Under the pieces are notes generated by a model. The model was not told the origin of the DNA. It made no database searches and saw nothing but the letters and a program-made list of their open reading frames with translations. The position numbers were made by a program, and so were the translations under genes. This document shows positions 51,548 to 63,062 of a stretch of 64,000 bases of DNA, piece by piece (positions within the stretch are counted from its first letter, which is position 1; each line of letters opens with the position of its first letter). The stretch is from Candidatus Latescibacterota bacterium (GTDB lineage: Bacteria; Latescibacterota; UBA2968): NCBI GenBank assembly GCA_965204745.1, contig OZ242010.1, forward strand, positions 4,608,001-4,672,000, given 5' to 3'.

Positions 51548-52386
51548 ACTTGAAGAATTGGAAGCAATACGGCGATATCATCACCGATAGCCTGTGGTTG
51601 ATTGGCGAGCGCGACAAATCCGGGGCGCACAATAACGCTTACCACGGCAACTTTATCCCCCAAATCCCGAATCAGATGATGAAGCGGTTCACGCAAAAAG
51701 GCGATGTTGTTTTGGATGCGTTTTTGGGGCACGGCACGACCCTCATCGAAGCGAAGCGGTTGGGCCGGCACGGCATCGGCGTTGAGTTGATCCCCGAGGT
51801 GGCGGAATACGCGAAACAAAATATCAGCCAAGAGGAACTGTCTTTTGAACAGGCAGGTGCTGAAGTCAGTGGCGACAATGTTTTGACAGAAGTCATCGTC
51901 GCAGACAGCACGACAAAATCTGCACGCACCGAGGTTTTGGAAGCCCTGGACAAAATGGGCAAAAAGCACATCCATTTAATTTTGCTACATCCCCCGTATC
52001 ACGACATCATCAAGTTCAGCGACCAAAAATCAGATCTGTGCAATGCCGCAAGCGTTGAAGAATTTGCCGCGAAGTTCGGCGAGGTGATTGAAAATTTTAC
52101 CGATTTATTGGCGCGGGACAGATACTTGGCGGTTGTGATTGGCGACAAATACACCAATAGCGAGTGGGTGCCACTCGGGTTTTATCTGATGCAAGAAACC
52201 CTGAAGCGCGGGCATGGCCTCATGCTGAAAAGCATTCTCGTCAAAAATATGGTGAACAACCGCGCAAAGCAGAATCGGGAAAATCTGTGGCGTTATCGCG
52301 CACTCGGCGGCGGGTTCTACATTTTCAAGCACGAGTACATTTTCGTTTTCAAAAAAGTATCACGCAAGATATGCTCGTCAACATGA
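51526..52386 (+). CDS. Amino (N4C/N6A) DNA methyltransferase
   Basis: YHGNFIPQIP, VLDAFLGHGTT, GVEL, LHPPY, HEYIFVFKK. Confidence 0.8.
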   Translation: MPKINDLNLKNWKQYGDIITDSLWLIGERDKSGAHNNAYHGNFIPQIPNQMMKRFTQKGDVVLDAFLGHGTTLIEAKRLGRHGIGVELIPEVAEYAKQNISQEELSFEQAGAEVSGDNVLTEVIVADSTTKSARTEVLEALDKMGKKHIHLILLHPPYHDIIKFSDQKSDLCNAASVEEFAAKFGEVIENFTDLLARDRYLAVVIGDKYTNSEWVPLGFYLMQETLKRGHGLMLKSILVKNMVNNRAKQNRENLWRYRALGGGFYIFKHEYIFVFKKVSRKICSST

Positions 52387-52658
52387 TCGCCGATGGGAGT
52401 CGGGTTAGACAGGGAGACCAAATCATTACAGAACTTTGCAGAGAAATTTATGACTGAAAGCAGTTGAAGCGGACGCAAATAACGTCATACAAATTCAAAG
52501 ATATGTGGAATTGAAATTTGTTGAATACTCGGTCAAAGATAACTTATATTTTGAAGTGGTCCATTATTGATGAAATCCGAAAAATAAATCAGTCAACTTT
52601 CACTATCTCCTCACCCCATCGCACATCCTTGTGTATCGAAAAAAAAGAAAGGAACCGC

Positions 52659-52889
52659 ATGCCCATTCCCATCATTGACCCATCACAAGCCACCACGAAC
52701 GAAAGGCTGACAAGGCTTGAAGCGATTGCGGAACAGCACACACTCGCCTTGGCCGAGATCAAAGCACATATCGCAAGAGTTGAAGATCGCGTGGACAAGT
52801 CTTTTCGTTGGCTTGTTGGGATTCTCTTCACAATTCTCCTGGCCATCTTGGGCGCGACGGTGACGATTTTGTTGAATTTGCCCAAGTAA
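52659..52889 (+). CDS. Small coiled-coil protein with C-terminal TM (XhlA/DUF1640-like), copy 1
   Basis: ERLTRLE..DKSFRWLVGILFTILL; SD AAGGA. Confidence 0.7.
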   Translation: MPIPIIDPSQATTNERLTRLEAIAEQHTLALAEIKAHIARVEDRVDKSFRWLVGILFTILLAILGATVTILLNLPK

Positions 52890-52941
52890 TCTCCCTTCAC
52901 CCATCGCACCTCACTGTAGTCACAAAAAAGAAAGGAACCGC

Positions 52942-53208
52942 ATGCCCATTCCCATCATTGACCCGTCACAAGCCACTACCAACGAAAGACTAGCAAGGCT
53001 TGAAGCGATTGCTGAACAACACAAGCAAAATTTGATCAGTCTTGAAGATCGCATCACAAGAGTTGAAGATCATATCGCAAGAGTTGAAGAGCGCATAGTT
53101 GCAGATCGCATGGACAAGTCTTTCCGTTGGCTCGTTGGGATTCTCTTCACAATTCTCCTGACCATCTTGGGCGCGACGGTGACGATTTTGTTGAATTTGC
53201 CCAAGTAA
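52942..53208 (+). CDS. Small coiled-coil protein with C-terminal TM, copy 2
   Basis: Same N- and C-termini as copy 1, with a longer heptad-repeat middle. Confidence 0.7.
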   Translation: MPIPIIDPSQATTNERLARLEAIAEQHKQNLISLEDRITRVEDHIARVEERIVADRMDKSFRWLVGILFTILLTILGATVTILLNLPK

Positions 53209-53233
53209 TCCCCCTTCGCCCTATCGACATGAC

Positions 53234-53270
53234 AAAAGGTCTCATTCCAAATGCAGGAATGAGACCTTTT
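53234..53270. terminator. Bidirectional intrinsic terminator
   Basis: AAAAGGTCTCATTCC-aaatgca-GGAATGAGACCTTTT. Confidence 0.8.
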
Positions 53271-53346
53271 AACTGGCTATCGCCAGTTGTCCCGCTCGTG
53301 GCTAAATTTCCATCGCCCCTCTGTGTTCATTCGCCCTTCATTCGCG

Positions 53347-55878
53347 TCAAAAATTCGGCGCGGGAAATGGTGGCAGGGGCGTGTTGCGGAAGGTGTCCCA
53401 TTCTGTGCGGAGGGTGTTGAGCCACGGAGGGAGGGTTTGGAGGCGGGATTCGAGTTGGGCTTCAAAGAGCGATTCCGGCATGACCGGGCTACCATTGGAT
53501 TCGAGCACTTGGAGAGTACCCGTATTAAACGTGGCGGGGTCCCCGTGAAAGCCGACGATGATGGGTTGCACAAATCGGTCGCGCGCGTCGCCCGGGCGCC
53601 AAAAATCGTAGTGCCTCTGATTGCCGCGATGTTTGAAATTCCAGAGGACGTAATGCTTGAGGTGATTGGGGTAATTGGCGAGGGACGCGCCGCTGCCGTA
53701 CAAAATCCCGCCATTGACCCGGTCGAGCAGGTTGGCATAAGGTTGCGCGCCGTGCGCGTCGATGCGCTGATCGGGCAACATGTCGTACCGCCAATACACC
53801 GTGCCGACGGATCGACTGCTCGTGCCCGGCCCGTGCCAATGGCCCGATAGGTCTTCGGAAAGCCCGATCCACACGCCGTAACCGCCATTGCTCGCAATGG
53901 ACGAATGCCCCAGGTTGCCCGCTTGCGTGACGTGATAAACAGAGACCGCAGAACTCGACCCGATGTGCAGAGCGCGGTTGCTGTTGACAAAAGAAACGCG
54001 CCGAATCCATGAATTGACGCATCGGTCGAGTTGGACCAAACTCCAGCCGCCGTCGTGAATCGCGTTTTTGTGGTGGACAAATTCCTCGTACCACGACCCG
54101 TGAAAACCGATGTCCTCTATGCCGATTTCCTCGAGGTGCTGGTATTCGCGCACGGTCCAGTTATACGTGTGATTGACGTTTGTGTGCAGGGGTTCGTTGA
54201 GGCGAATCCGATTGCCCTGAATGTCGGCGATGCTGTGCTTTTCGCGCACTTGGATGCCATTGGTGGTCATGGTCGTCCAGATCGGTTCCGCAGGGTACGG
54301 CGCGAGGAACTCGGCGATGGCCGCGGTGCTGTTTGCATAGAGCGTAATCCATTGTCCGGGCGTGAGGTTGGCCGCGTTGTCCAAGGTGAGGTAAAAGGTT
54401 TCTCTGCCCGCGCTTGCCGCGATGTTCGCCAAGCGTCTGTCGCTCGTATTCGCGGGTTGGAAGATGAACATGTAAGGCGATGTCCACAGTTGATCGGGAT
54501 TGGTCGGCGGCATGTAATTGACCTGCCGAATGATCGTGCCCCCTGCGCGGCTGCCGCTTCCTCTGAGGACGATATTGCTGCCGCGGATGTAGATGGACTG
54601 GTTGTCGTCTGCGTGGGTGTTGACCAAAAATTCCCCGGGCGGAAAGAAGACGATGCCGCCGTTGTTTTGCTCGGCTGCGCGAATGGCGCGTTGGATGGCG
54701 GGTTGGTCAGACAGGTCGTCATTGGGAATCGCGCCGTAATCCGCGACATTGAAGACGTCGGCGCGGATATCCGGAACGGGTTTGGCAAAGTAGTGATAGC
54801 CCGCGTAGGAAAAATCGGGCAAAATGGGTTCTGTGTCGTTCTGTTTGGCGGTTACAAATTGTCGCCATGTGCGCGACGGGCCGGTTTGCGGGACGTAAGC
54901 AGTCCACTTGTTGCGCGTTTGGACATATCCCGCGACCTGCGCCCAAATTGGGATCGGGTATATCTCGGTCGGATCGCGTTCGGCGAGGAGCGTCTGCGGG
55001 ATGGACACGCGAACCCGCGTCGTCCCCGCGGGGATCGTGTGCGTGGATAAAACCCGTGCGGCCGTTCCCACTTCGATGCTCAACGGGTCTGCGGTGTGGT
55101 TCTCAAATGCGATGGGAATGTGCGTGCGGATACCCGAGCCATATCCCCTTGCGAAAACCAGGAAATCGCCAAACCCAATGTTGCCATCCGCATCGAGGTC
55201 GTAGATCGGATCATAGACCGCGTCGCCCCGCGCTGCGCCGAATTTCGGGGCGAAGAGAAGGAAATCGCCAAAGCCGACAGTATCGTCGCCGTTGAAATCG
55301 AGACGGGCACGGCCTTCTGTTCCGCGCACAGGCGCATCGACTTGCCATGAAAAGGTCTGATCGACCGTTGCGATGTGATCGATGAACAGGCGTGCGTTTG
55401 CATTTTGCCCGGTTTCGGTTCTAAAGGTGATGTACCGCCTGTTGTGATCGGGTTGCCCGCCCCAGTCGTCGTATTGCGGTTTGTCCAGTTCCACAACCGA
55501 GAGTTGCCAGCCCCGCGGCGGCGTTTGCCCCTCCCAGATCGCATAAACCGCTTCCATGCCCCCCACCAAGGGGTAGTTGCGAACCTTGATTTTCAAATCT
55601 TGCAGGCCCGTGCCCTCCACCTTCCACCAGAAACTCAAGCTGTGCTTGTCTGCGACATTCTGCCCGGTGCTACGAAAATCATAAGTCACAAACCCGGTCT
55701 TTCCCGCAGGTACAGAAGCCACAATGGCAAATCGCCCCTCGCGTGCATCTGTCGATAACCGCACGCTATTGGGCCATCCCGAGACACTTTCGCAAAGCGT
55801 CAAGGTGTGAACCGGCTCGTTGGCAAAGCCCGCGCTGGCGTATAGCACTGTCAAGGCGAGGATTAAAATTGATCGCAT
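53347..55878 (-). CDS. Secreted modular protein: beta-sandwich + dockerin/EF-hand-like pair + pectate-lyase-like beta-helix (DUF4955-like)
   Basis: Signal peptide; DFNGDDTVGFGDFLLF..DLDADGNIGFGDFLVF; LPDFSYAGY, FNVADYGAIPND, AIQRAI, GGIVFFPPGEF. Confidence 0.75.
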   Translation of the reverse strand: MRSILILALTVLYASAGFANEPVHTLTLCESVSGWPNSVRLSTDAREGRFAIVASVPAGKTGFVTYDFRSTGQNVADKHSLSFWWKVEGTGLQDLKIKVRNYPLVGGMEAVYAIWEGQTPPRGWQLSVVELDKPQYDDWGGQPDHNRRYITFRTETGQNANARLFIDHIATVDQTFSWQVDAPVRGTEGRARLDFNGDDTVGFGDFLLFAPKFGAARGDAVYDPIYDLDADGNIGFGDFLVFARGYGSGIRTHIPIAFENHTADPLSIEVGTAARVLSTHTIPAGTTRVRVSIPQTLLAERDPTEIYPIPIWAQVAGYVQTRNKWTAYVPQTGPSRTWRQFVTAKQNDTEPILPDFSYAGYHYFAKPVPDIRADVFNVADYGAIPNDDLSDQPAIQRAIRAAEQNNGGIVFFPPGEFLVNTHADDNQSIYIRGSNIVLRGSGSRAGGTIIRQVNYMPPTNPDQLWTSPYMFIFQPANTSDRRLANIAASAGRETFYLTLDNAANLTPGQWITLYANSTAAIAEFLAPYPAEPIWTTMTTNGIQVREKHSIADIQGNRIRLNEPLHTNVNHTYNWTVREYQHLEEIGIEDIGFHGSWYEEFVHHKNAIHDGGWSLVQLDRCVNSWIRRVSFVNSNRALHIGSSSAVSVYHVTQAGNLGHSSIASNGGYGVWIGLSEDLSGHWHGPGTSSRSVGTVYWRYDMLPDQRIDAHGAQPYANLLDRVNGGILYGSGASLANYPNHLKHYVLWNFKHRGNQRHYDFWRPGDARDRFVQPIIVGFHGDPATFNTGTLQVLESNGSPVMPESLFEAQLESRLQTLPPWLNTLRTEWDTFRNTPLPPFPAPNF

Positions 55879-55889
55879 GGTGGGTTCTC

Positions 55890-56382
55890 CTAGCTCGGTT
55901 TATCGAGAAAATCAAGCCCTATCGCAGGATATGCTCTCGGATTGAGAAACTGGAACAGTCGCCCATTTGGATTTCTCGCTTTTGCTACCACGCTCATTGT
56001 ATTCACGGACGTTATGCACTTCAAATAAATCACACCAAGTAGCCCTTGCAAAAGCCCATCAGCGAAAGCCATCACGCACAGCGCGCAAGTCCGTCTCGCA
56101 ACCAACATCCATCTTGCAACCCACTTTGCAGGCTGGCGCATATCGTTCTGTTACAAAAGCGATTTGCGCTGTGCAAGCCTCTCGGCGTTTGAGAGCGGCA
56201 TTTTTGAACTGCTGGGGCAGTTGTACCCCGCTCGCCTACTTTTTTTTGCTGTTGAAAAAAAGTAGGTCGCCGAAGGCATCGGAGGCAACCAACGAGGCTT
56301 TAGGACCAAACGCCTTAAATGAGCAAGCAACACATTTGCTAATCTGTACGTAATGTGAAAAAAATAAAATGTCAACACGACC
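55890..56382 (-). mobile_element. MITE copy D (inverted) with a different internal core
   Basis: aaatgtcaacacgacc|TA TIR; 56305-56382 and 55895-55961 match the two ends of copy A; core matches 32838-33104. Confidence 0.75.
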
Positions 56383-56541
56383 TAATATATCCATCCACAC
56401 GCGATTGGACAAGGGCTTTGCCAGAGTGTCTGTTTGTGCAGACAGGCAGGCAGGGCGGTCAATGTCAAAATGGGCGGGTTTGTGGCGATATGTCAGCGGG
56501 GGCGATGGAACATAAAATCGTTCTAAGAGAAGCCAAAATGA

Positions 56542-56554
56542 TAACGCCTTGATT
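56542..56554 (-). promoter_or_regulatory. IHF-binding consensus
   Basis: Reverse complement AATCAA-ggcg-TTA fits WATCAAN4TTR, about 40 bp upstream of the sigma54 site. Confidence 0.55.
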
Positions 56555-56592
56555 TACAGCGAGTTACAAAAATATAAAAAAATCACAGCATT

Positions 56593-56608
56593 TGGCACGG
56601 GGATTGCA
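56593..56608 (+). promoter_or_regulatory. Sigma54 (-24/-12) promoter of the hsp20-clpB unit
   Basis: TGGCAC-GGGGA-TTGCA, a perfect consensus. Confidence 0.75.
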
Positions 56609-56665
56609 AATAAAAGGGGCGAGAGAAACAATCAATCGTTCCACAACTCATCAAGGAGGTCGGAG

Positions 56666-57073
56666 ATGGCACTGATTCGTTGGCAACCCCGTGAGTCCTT
56701 CGCGCTTCAGCGCGAGTTGGGCAATTTGCTCGATACTTGGACGGGCTGGCATCCCCGCGTGGACGTGGCCGAATCGGAGCACGCCTTCACGGTTCACGCC
56801 GAATTGCCCGGGCTTCGCAAGGAAGACATCCAAGTGACGCTCGAAGACGACATGCTCACTATCGCGGGCGAGCGGAAGTACGAAGACGCGCAGAAGGACG
56901 AGCAGTTCTACCGTCGGGAGCGCGCGTACGGGACGTTCAGACGCTCTTTTGGCTTGGGCACAGAAGTCGATGCCGACAAAATTGCCGCGAACTACAAGGA
57001 TGGGATTTTGACCCTGACCTTGCCCAAGTCCGAAGCCGCAAAGCCCCGTCAGATTGATGTCACCGTATCTTAA
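56666..57073 (+). CDS. Hsp20/alpha-crystallin small heat-shock protein
   Basis: PRVDVAE, AELPG, LTIAGER, ERAYGTFRRSF, YKDGILTLTLPK; SD AGGAGG. Confidence 0.95.
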   Translation: MALIRWQPRESFALQRELGNLLDTWTGWHPRVDVAESEHAFTVHAELPGLRKEDIQVTLEDDMLTIAGERKYEDAQKDEQFYRRERAYGTFRRSFGLGTEVDADKIAANYKDGILTLTLPKSEAAKPRQIDVTVS

Positions 57074-57181
57074 AGGCGGGAGACGTAAGACGTAAGACGT
57101 GAGACGCGAGAGGGTTGGGCGGTTGTTCCACCTCTCACGTCTTACGTCTCACCTTTTACCACTGACAACTGGAGACCCAAA

Positions 57182-57680
57182 ATGGACATGAACAAATTGA
57201 CTGAAAAATCGCGCGAGGCCGTGCAACAGGCGCAGAAGATCGCGTTGCGCTCTGGGCATTGGGAAGTGGAAGGGGAACATCTGCTCGCCAGTCTGATCGG
57301 TCAGGAAGATGGCTTGTCGCGCCACCTGCTCTCGCGCATGCAAGTGCCGGGCGATGCCCTCAAATCGGAGGTCGAAAAAGCACTGATGGTGCTGTTGCCC
57401 AAGGTGCCTGGCCCCGGTGTTGAGCACGGCAAAGTGTACGCGTCACAGTGTTTTCAAAAGTTGCTTTGCGCGGCCCAAGAGGAAGCGCGCAGGCTGAAGG
57501 ATGAGTACGTCTCGGTCGAGCACCTCTTGTTGGCCCTCATCGACGAGGGCGAGCAAACGCAGGCGGGTTGCATTTTGAAGCAGTTCAACATCACGCGGGA
57601 CAATTTTCTGTCCGTGCTGATGCAGGTGCGCGGCAATCAGCGCGTGACGAGTGTCCATCCCGAAGGGGCGTATGAAGCCC

Positions 57681-57697
<17 letters not shown>
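57182..57697 (+). CDS. Stand-alone ClpB N-terminal (double Clp-N) domain arising from tandem duplication
   Basis: 57188-57680 is a diverged copy of 57681-58170; it carries the native SD and MD start. Confidence 0.65.
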
Positions 57698-60314
<2,617 letters not shown>

Positions 60315-60431
60315 TCCCGTGACTTTTGTCTTTGCCCCGCCAGACTCGTTTTCCCCCTTGCCATTGCCTGCAAAATAGGATACATTTGTGAACCGAGAGA
60401 CGGTCTTAACCACAACGGAAAGGGCGGGAAG

Positions 60432-60716
60432 ATGGCAGGAGAAGTTTCCAAACTCGCGGAGCGGCAAGCCAAGCTAGAAGGCGAGAACAAACAGATCGGT
60501 CAACGCGTTTCCAATGTGGAACACGACCAGCGCAACCTGGCGGGTCGAATGGACGACAAGTTTGAGATTTTGCTTTCTCGCGTGGACAACACGCTCAGCG
60601 AATTGAGGCAGGACAACAAGGATTTGTCCAACCGGATGCACCGAGACTTCAAATGGCTGATCGGTGCGATTTTAGGGACCGGGATTCTGTTGAAAATCAT
60701 CGACAAGGTTTGGTGA
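60432..60716 (+). CDS. Small coiled-coil protein with C-terminal TM (same type as 52659 and 52942)
   Basis: ERQAKLEG..RDFKWLIGAILGTGILL. Confidence 0.65.
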   Translation: MAGEVSKLAERQAKLEGENKQIGQRVSNVEHDQRNLAGRMDDKFEILLSRVDNTLSELRQDNKDLSNRMHRDFKWLIGAILGTGILLKIIDKVW

Positions 60717-60751
60717 ATCTCGCAGAGACCGGACGCGCTCCAAACTATTTC

Positions 60752-60788
60752 AACCCCACAGAATGAATTGATTTTGTGGGGTTTTTTC
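60752..60788 (+). terminator. Intrinsic terminator
   Basis: AACCCCACAGAAT-loop-ATTTTGTGGGGTTTTTT. Confidence 0.7.
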
Positions 60789-60800
60789 ATCAATGACAGA

Positions 60801-62552
60801 ATGCGTTACGCCAATTTCACAACGGTGTTGTTCGCCGCGTTGTGGTTGATGCCCACGCAGATCCGCGCCCAGCCCGCGGCCAGCGCGCCTATCGTGAGGT
60901 TGCTCCATATTTCGGGCAATGAGGGGATTGCCACGGGCGAACTCAAGGCTTTGATGGTCACGCGATCCTCGGCCTGGTACGATTTTCTGCCCTATATCCA
61001 CGCGCGCAGGTACGATTCCGCGACCTTTGTCGCTGATTTGGAACGGTTGCGAGCGCATTACCGCAATCTGGGATATTTGGATGTGGAGGTCGATTCTGCG
61101 ATTGAACGCTTGGGCGCGGATGAGATTCAACTCGGTGTCCGCATCGCAGAGGGCCCGTTGACGCGCATTGCGCGGGCGTCCGTGATGGGCGGAGAAGATG
61201 TCGAGCAGGCGTTTGGGCAACTCGAGGGCGCGCCCTTGTCGCGCGATCTCATCGGCGCAAGCGTCTCGCGGGTTCTCCGTGCGTTGCGCGATAGGGGCTA
61301 TGCGTTTGCCCGCGGCGAGGTCGAGACCGAGATTTTGGAAGATCGGGCCGACCTCGTTCTCCATCTCGCGCCCGGCCCGGTGTGTAGCGTGCGTGCGATT
61401 CGCATCTCCGGCAACGATGCCGTGCCCGAGCAAGTCATTCTGCGCGGGTTGACTTTCAAAGCCGGGACGCGATTTCGAGAACGGGCCTTGCGAAACAGCC
61501 AGCACCAACTCTACCGTGCAGGCGTGTTTCGCTCCGTGGTTTTGGACCTTGCGGACAGCGTCGCGGCGACAAATCAGGTGGATGTGCGCGTGCGCGTGTC
61601 TGAGCGGCCCTTTTGGGTTTCGCGCTTGGGCGCGGGATACGATACGGATGAAGATTTTTGGGCATCGGGCGAGGTGACGCACCGCAATTTTGCAGGGGGC
61701 GCACGCCAACTCCAGTTGTCCGGGCGCGTTTCGGAGAAGAACCGAGAAGCGACCCTCGGCGTGCGGCAGCCGTATTTCTTCAGCAGCCGCAACTATTTGC
61801 ACGTCAGTGGATTTGTGCAGCGCGAACGCCAAGCCGCGTTCAGCCAAGACGAGGTGGGGGTCAATTTTTCGTTGGAGCGAAATATCACGCCGACCAATAA
61901 TTTGATCGCGCAGTTCAGTGGGGGCGTGGTGGATTTTTCAGCGGACAGCGCGTTTGCCGAAACCAAGGTGCGATGGCTTTGGGACACGCGAGACGATATT
62001 TTCGATCCGCAGTCGGGCGCGCTCACGCAACTCACCGTGCGCGAGCGGGGGCGGTTTTTCAGAGCCGATAGCGAGTTCTTGCAGGCGACTGCCGAAGGCC
62101 GCTGGTTTCACCCCATCCCCTGGCGGAGTGTTTTGGCGTTGCGCGTGCAAGGGGGCGCGATTTTTGAACTGGGCAACCCGGGCAACGTGCCCAATGTCGA
62201 GCGGTTTTTTGCGGGCGGCCTGAACAGCGTGCGCGGATGGCGGTTGAACGATTTGGGGCCAAAAGACGCCCAGGGCGAACCCACCGGCGGGTTGAGCCGC
62301 GCAGAACTGAGCGTGGAGATCAGGACGCAGATGTTCTTTTCCTGGGGCACGGCCATTTTTTTGGACGCGGGCAATGTCGATCCCGGTCTCCATGCGTTCA
62401 ATCCCCAAAATCTGAAATGGGCTATCGGCGCGGGCTTGCGCTACTTAAGCCCCATCGGCCCGGTCAGACTCGACATCGCCTACCGCCTGTCAGAAGACCC
62501 AACTGCCGGGCAACGCCTGCAATATCACATCAGCTTGGGACAAGCGTTTTGA
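60801..62552 (+). CDS. BamA/TamA family outer membrane protein (three POTRA domains)
   Basis: POTRA motifs (ISGN, YRNLGY, RGY); FFAGGLNSVRGW, GAGLRYLSPIGPVRLD, C-terminal SLGQAF. Confidence 0.9.
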   Translation: MRYANFTTVLFAALWLMPTQIRAQPAASAPIVRLLHISGNEGIATGELKALMVTRSSAWYDFLPYIHARRYDSATFVADLERLRAHYRNLGYLDVEVDSAIERLGADEIQLGVRIAEGPLTRIARASVMGGEDVEQAFGQLEGAPLSRDLIGASVSRVLRALRDRGYAFARGEVETEILEDRADLVLHLAPGPVCSVRAIRISGNDAVPEQVILRGLTFKAGTRFRERALRNSQHQLYRAGVFRSVVLDLADSVAATNQVDVRVRVSERPFWVSRLGAGYDTDEDFWASGEVTHRNFAGGARQLQLSGRVSEKNREATLGVRQPYFFSSRNYLHVSGFVQRERQAAFSQDEVGVNFSLERNITPTNNLIAQFSGGVVDFSADSAFAETKVRWLWDTRDDIFDPQSGALTQLTVRERGRFFRADSEFLQATAEGRWFHPIPWRSVLALRVQGGAIFELGNPGNVPNVERFFAGGLNSVRGWRLNDLGPKDAQGEPTGGLSRAELSVEIRTQMFFSWGTAIFLDAGNVDPGLHAFNPQNLKWAIGAGLRYLSPIGPVRLDIAYRLSEDPTAGQRLQYHISLGQAF

Positions 62553-63034
62553 TCCATAATGACGCTGGGCTGACCGCTGATGGCTTTGCGCGAGGGGACC
62601 TATCCCATCACCGCCCCACCGTGTCTGAATCGCGGATTAAACGGATTAGGGGATTACGCGGATTACCCCACATCCCCACCGCCACTTTACCGTTTCCCGC
62701 CTCCATCCCTCGCAGGCACAGGCGTAGCCTACAACGAAGCGTAGCGAGTAACGGGGCCAGGGTTTAGGTCACAATTCCCTTGACTAGAAAGACATAGTAT
62801 CTTAATTTGTCTTCAGCATCGTTATTTTTTTCACGTAGGCAAAAGCCATGCCTGCACAACTCGTTCTATTTTCAAGAGAGTTCACATGTTGACCACCATT
62901 TTTCGACGTTGTTCAAACCTGTTTGGAGGCCACCGTTCCCCTGCGAAAAGAGGGGTTCATATCGCCCATCCCCGCCTTGGAATGTGGTTCTATTTCATTG
63001 CAAAACAGTCTGTTAGGATGATCAGTACAGTGTA

Positions 63035-63046
63035 CCCCCCCCCCCC
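63035..63046 (+). repeat. Poly-C12 tract immediately 5' of the LRR gene SD
   Basis: tgta-C12-tcgagaggagggtaaaATG. Confidence 0.9.
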
Positions 63047-63062
63047 TCGAGAGGAGGGTAAA

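Noticed and set aside
56591-56612. CIRCE/HrcA operator upstream of hsp20
   Set aside because: Does not fit TTAGCACTC-N9-GAGTGCTAA; fits the sigma54 consensus instead
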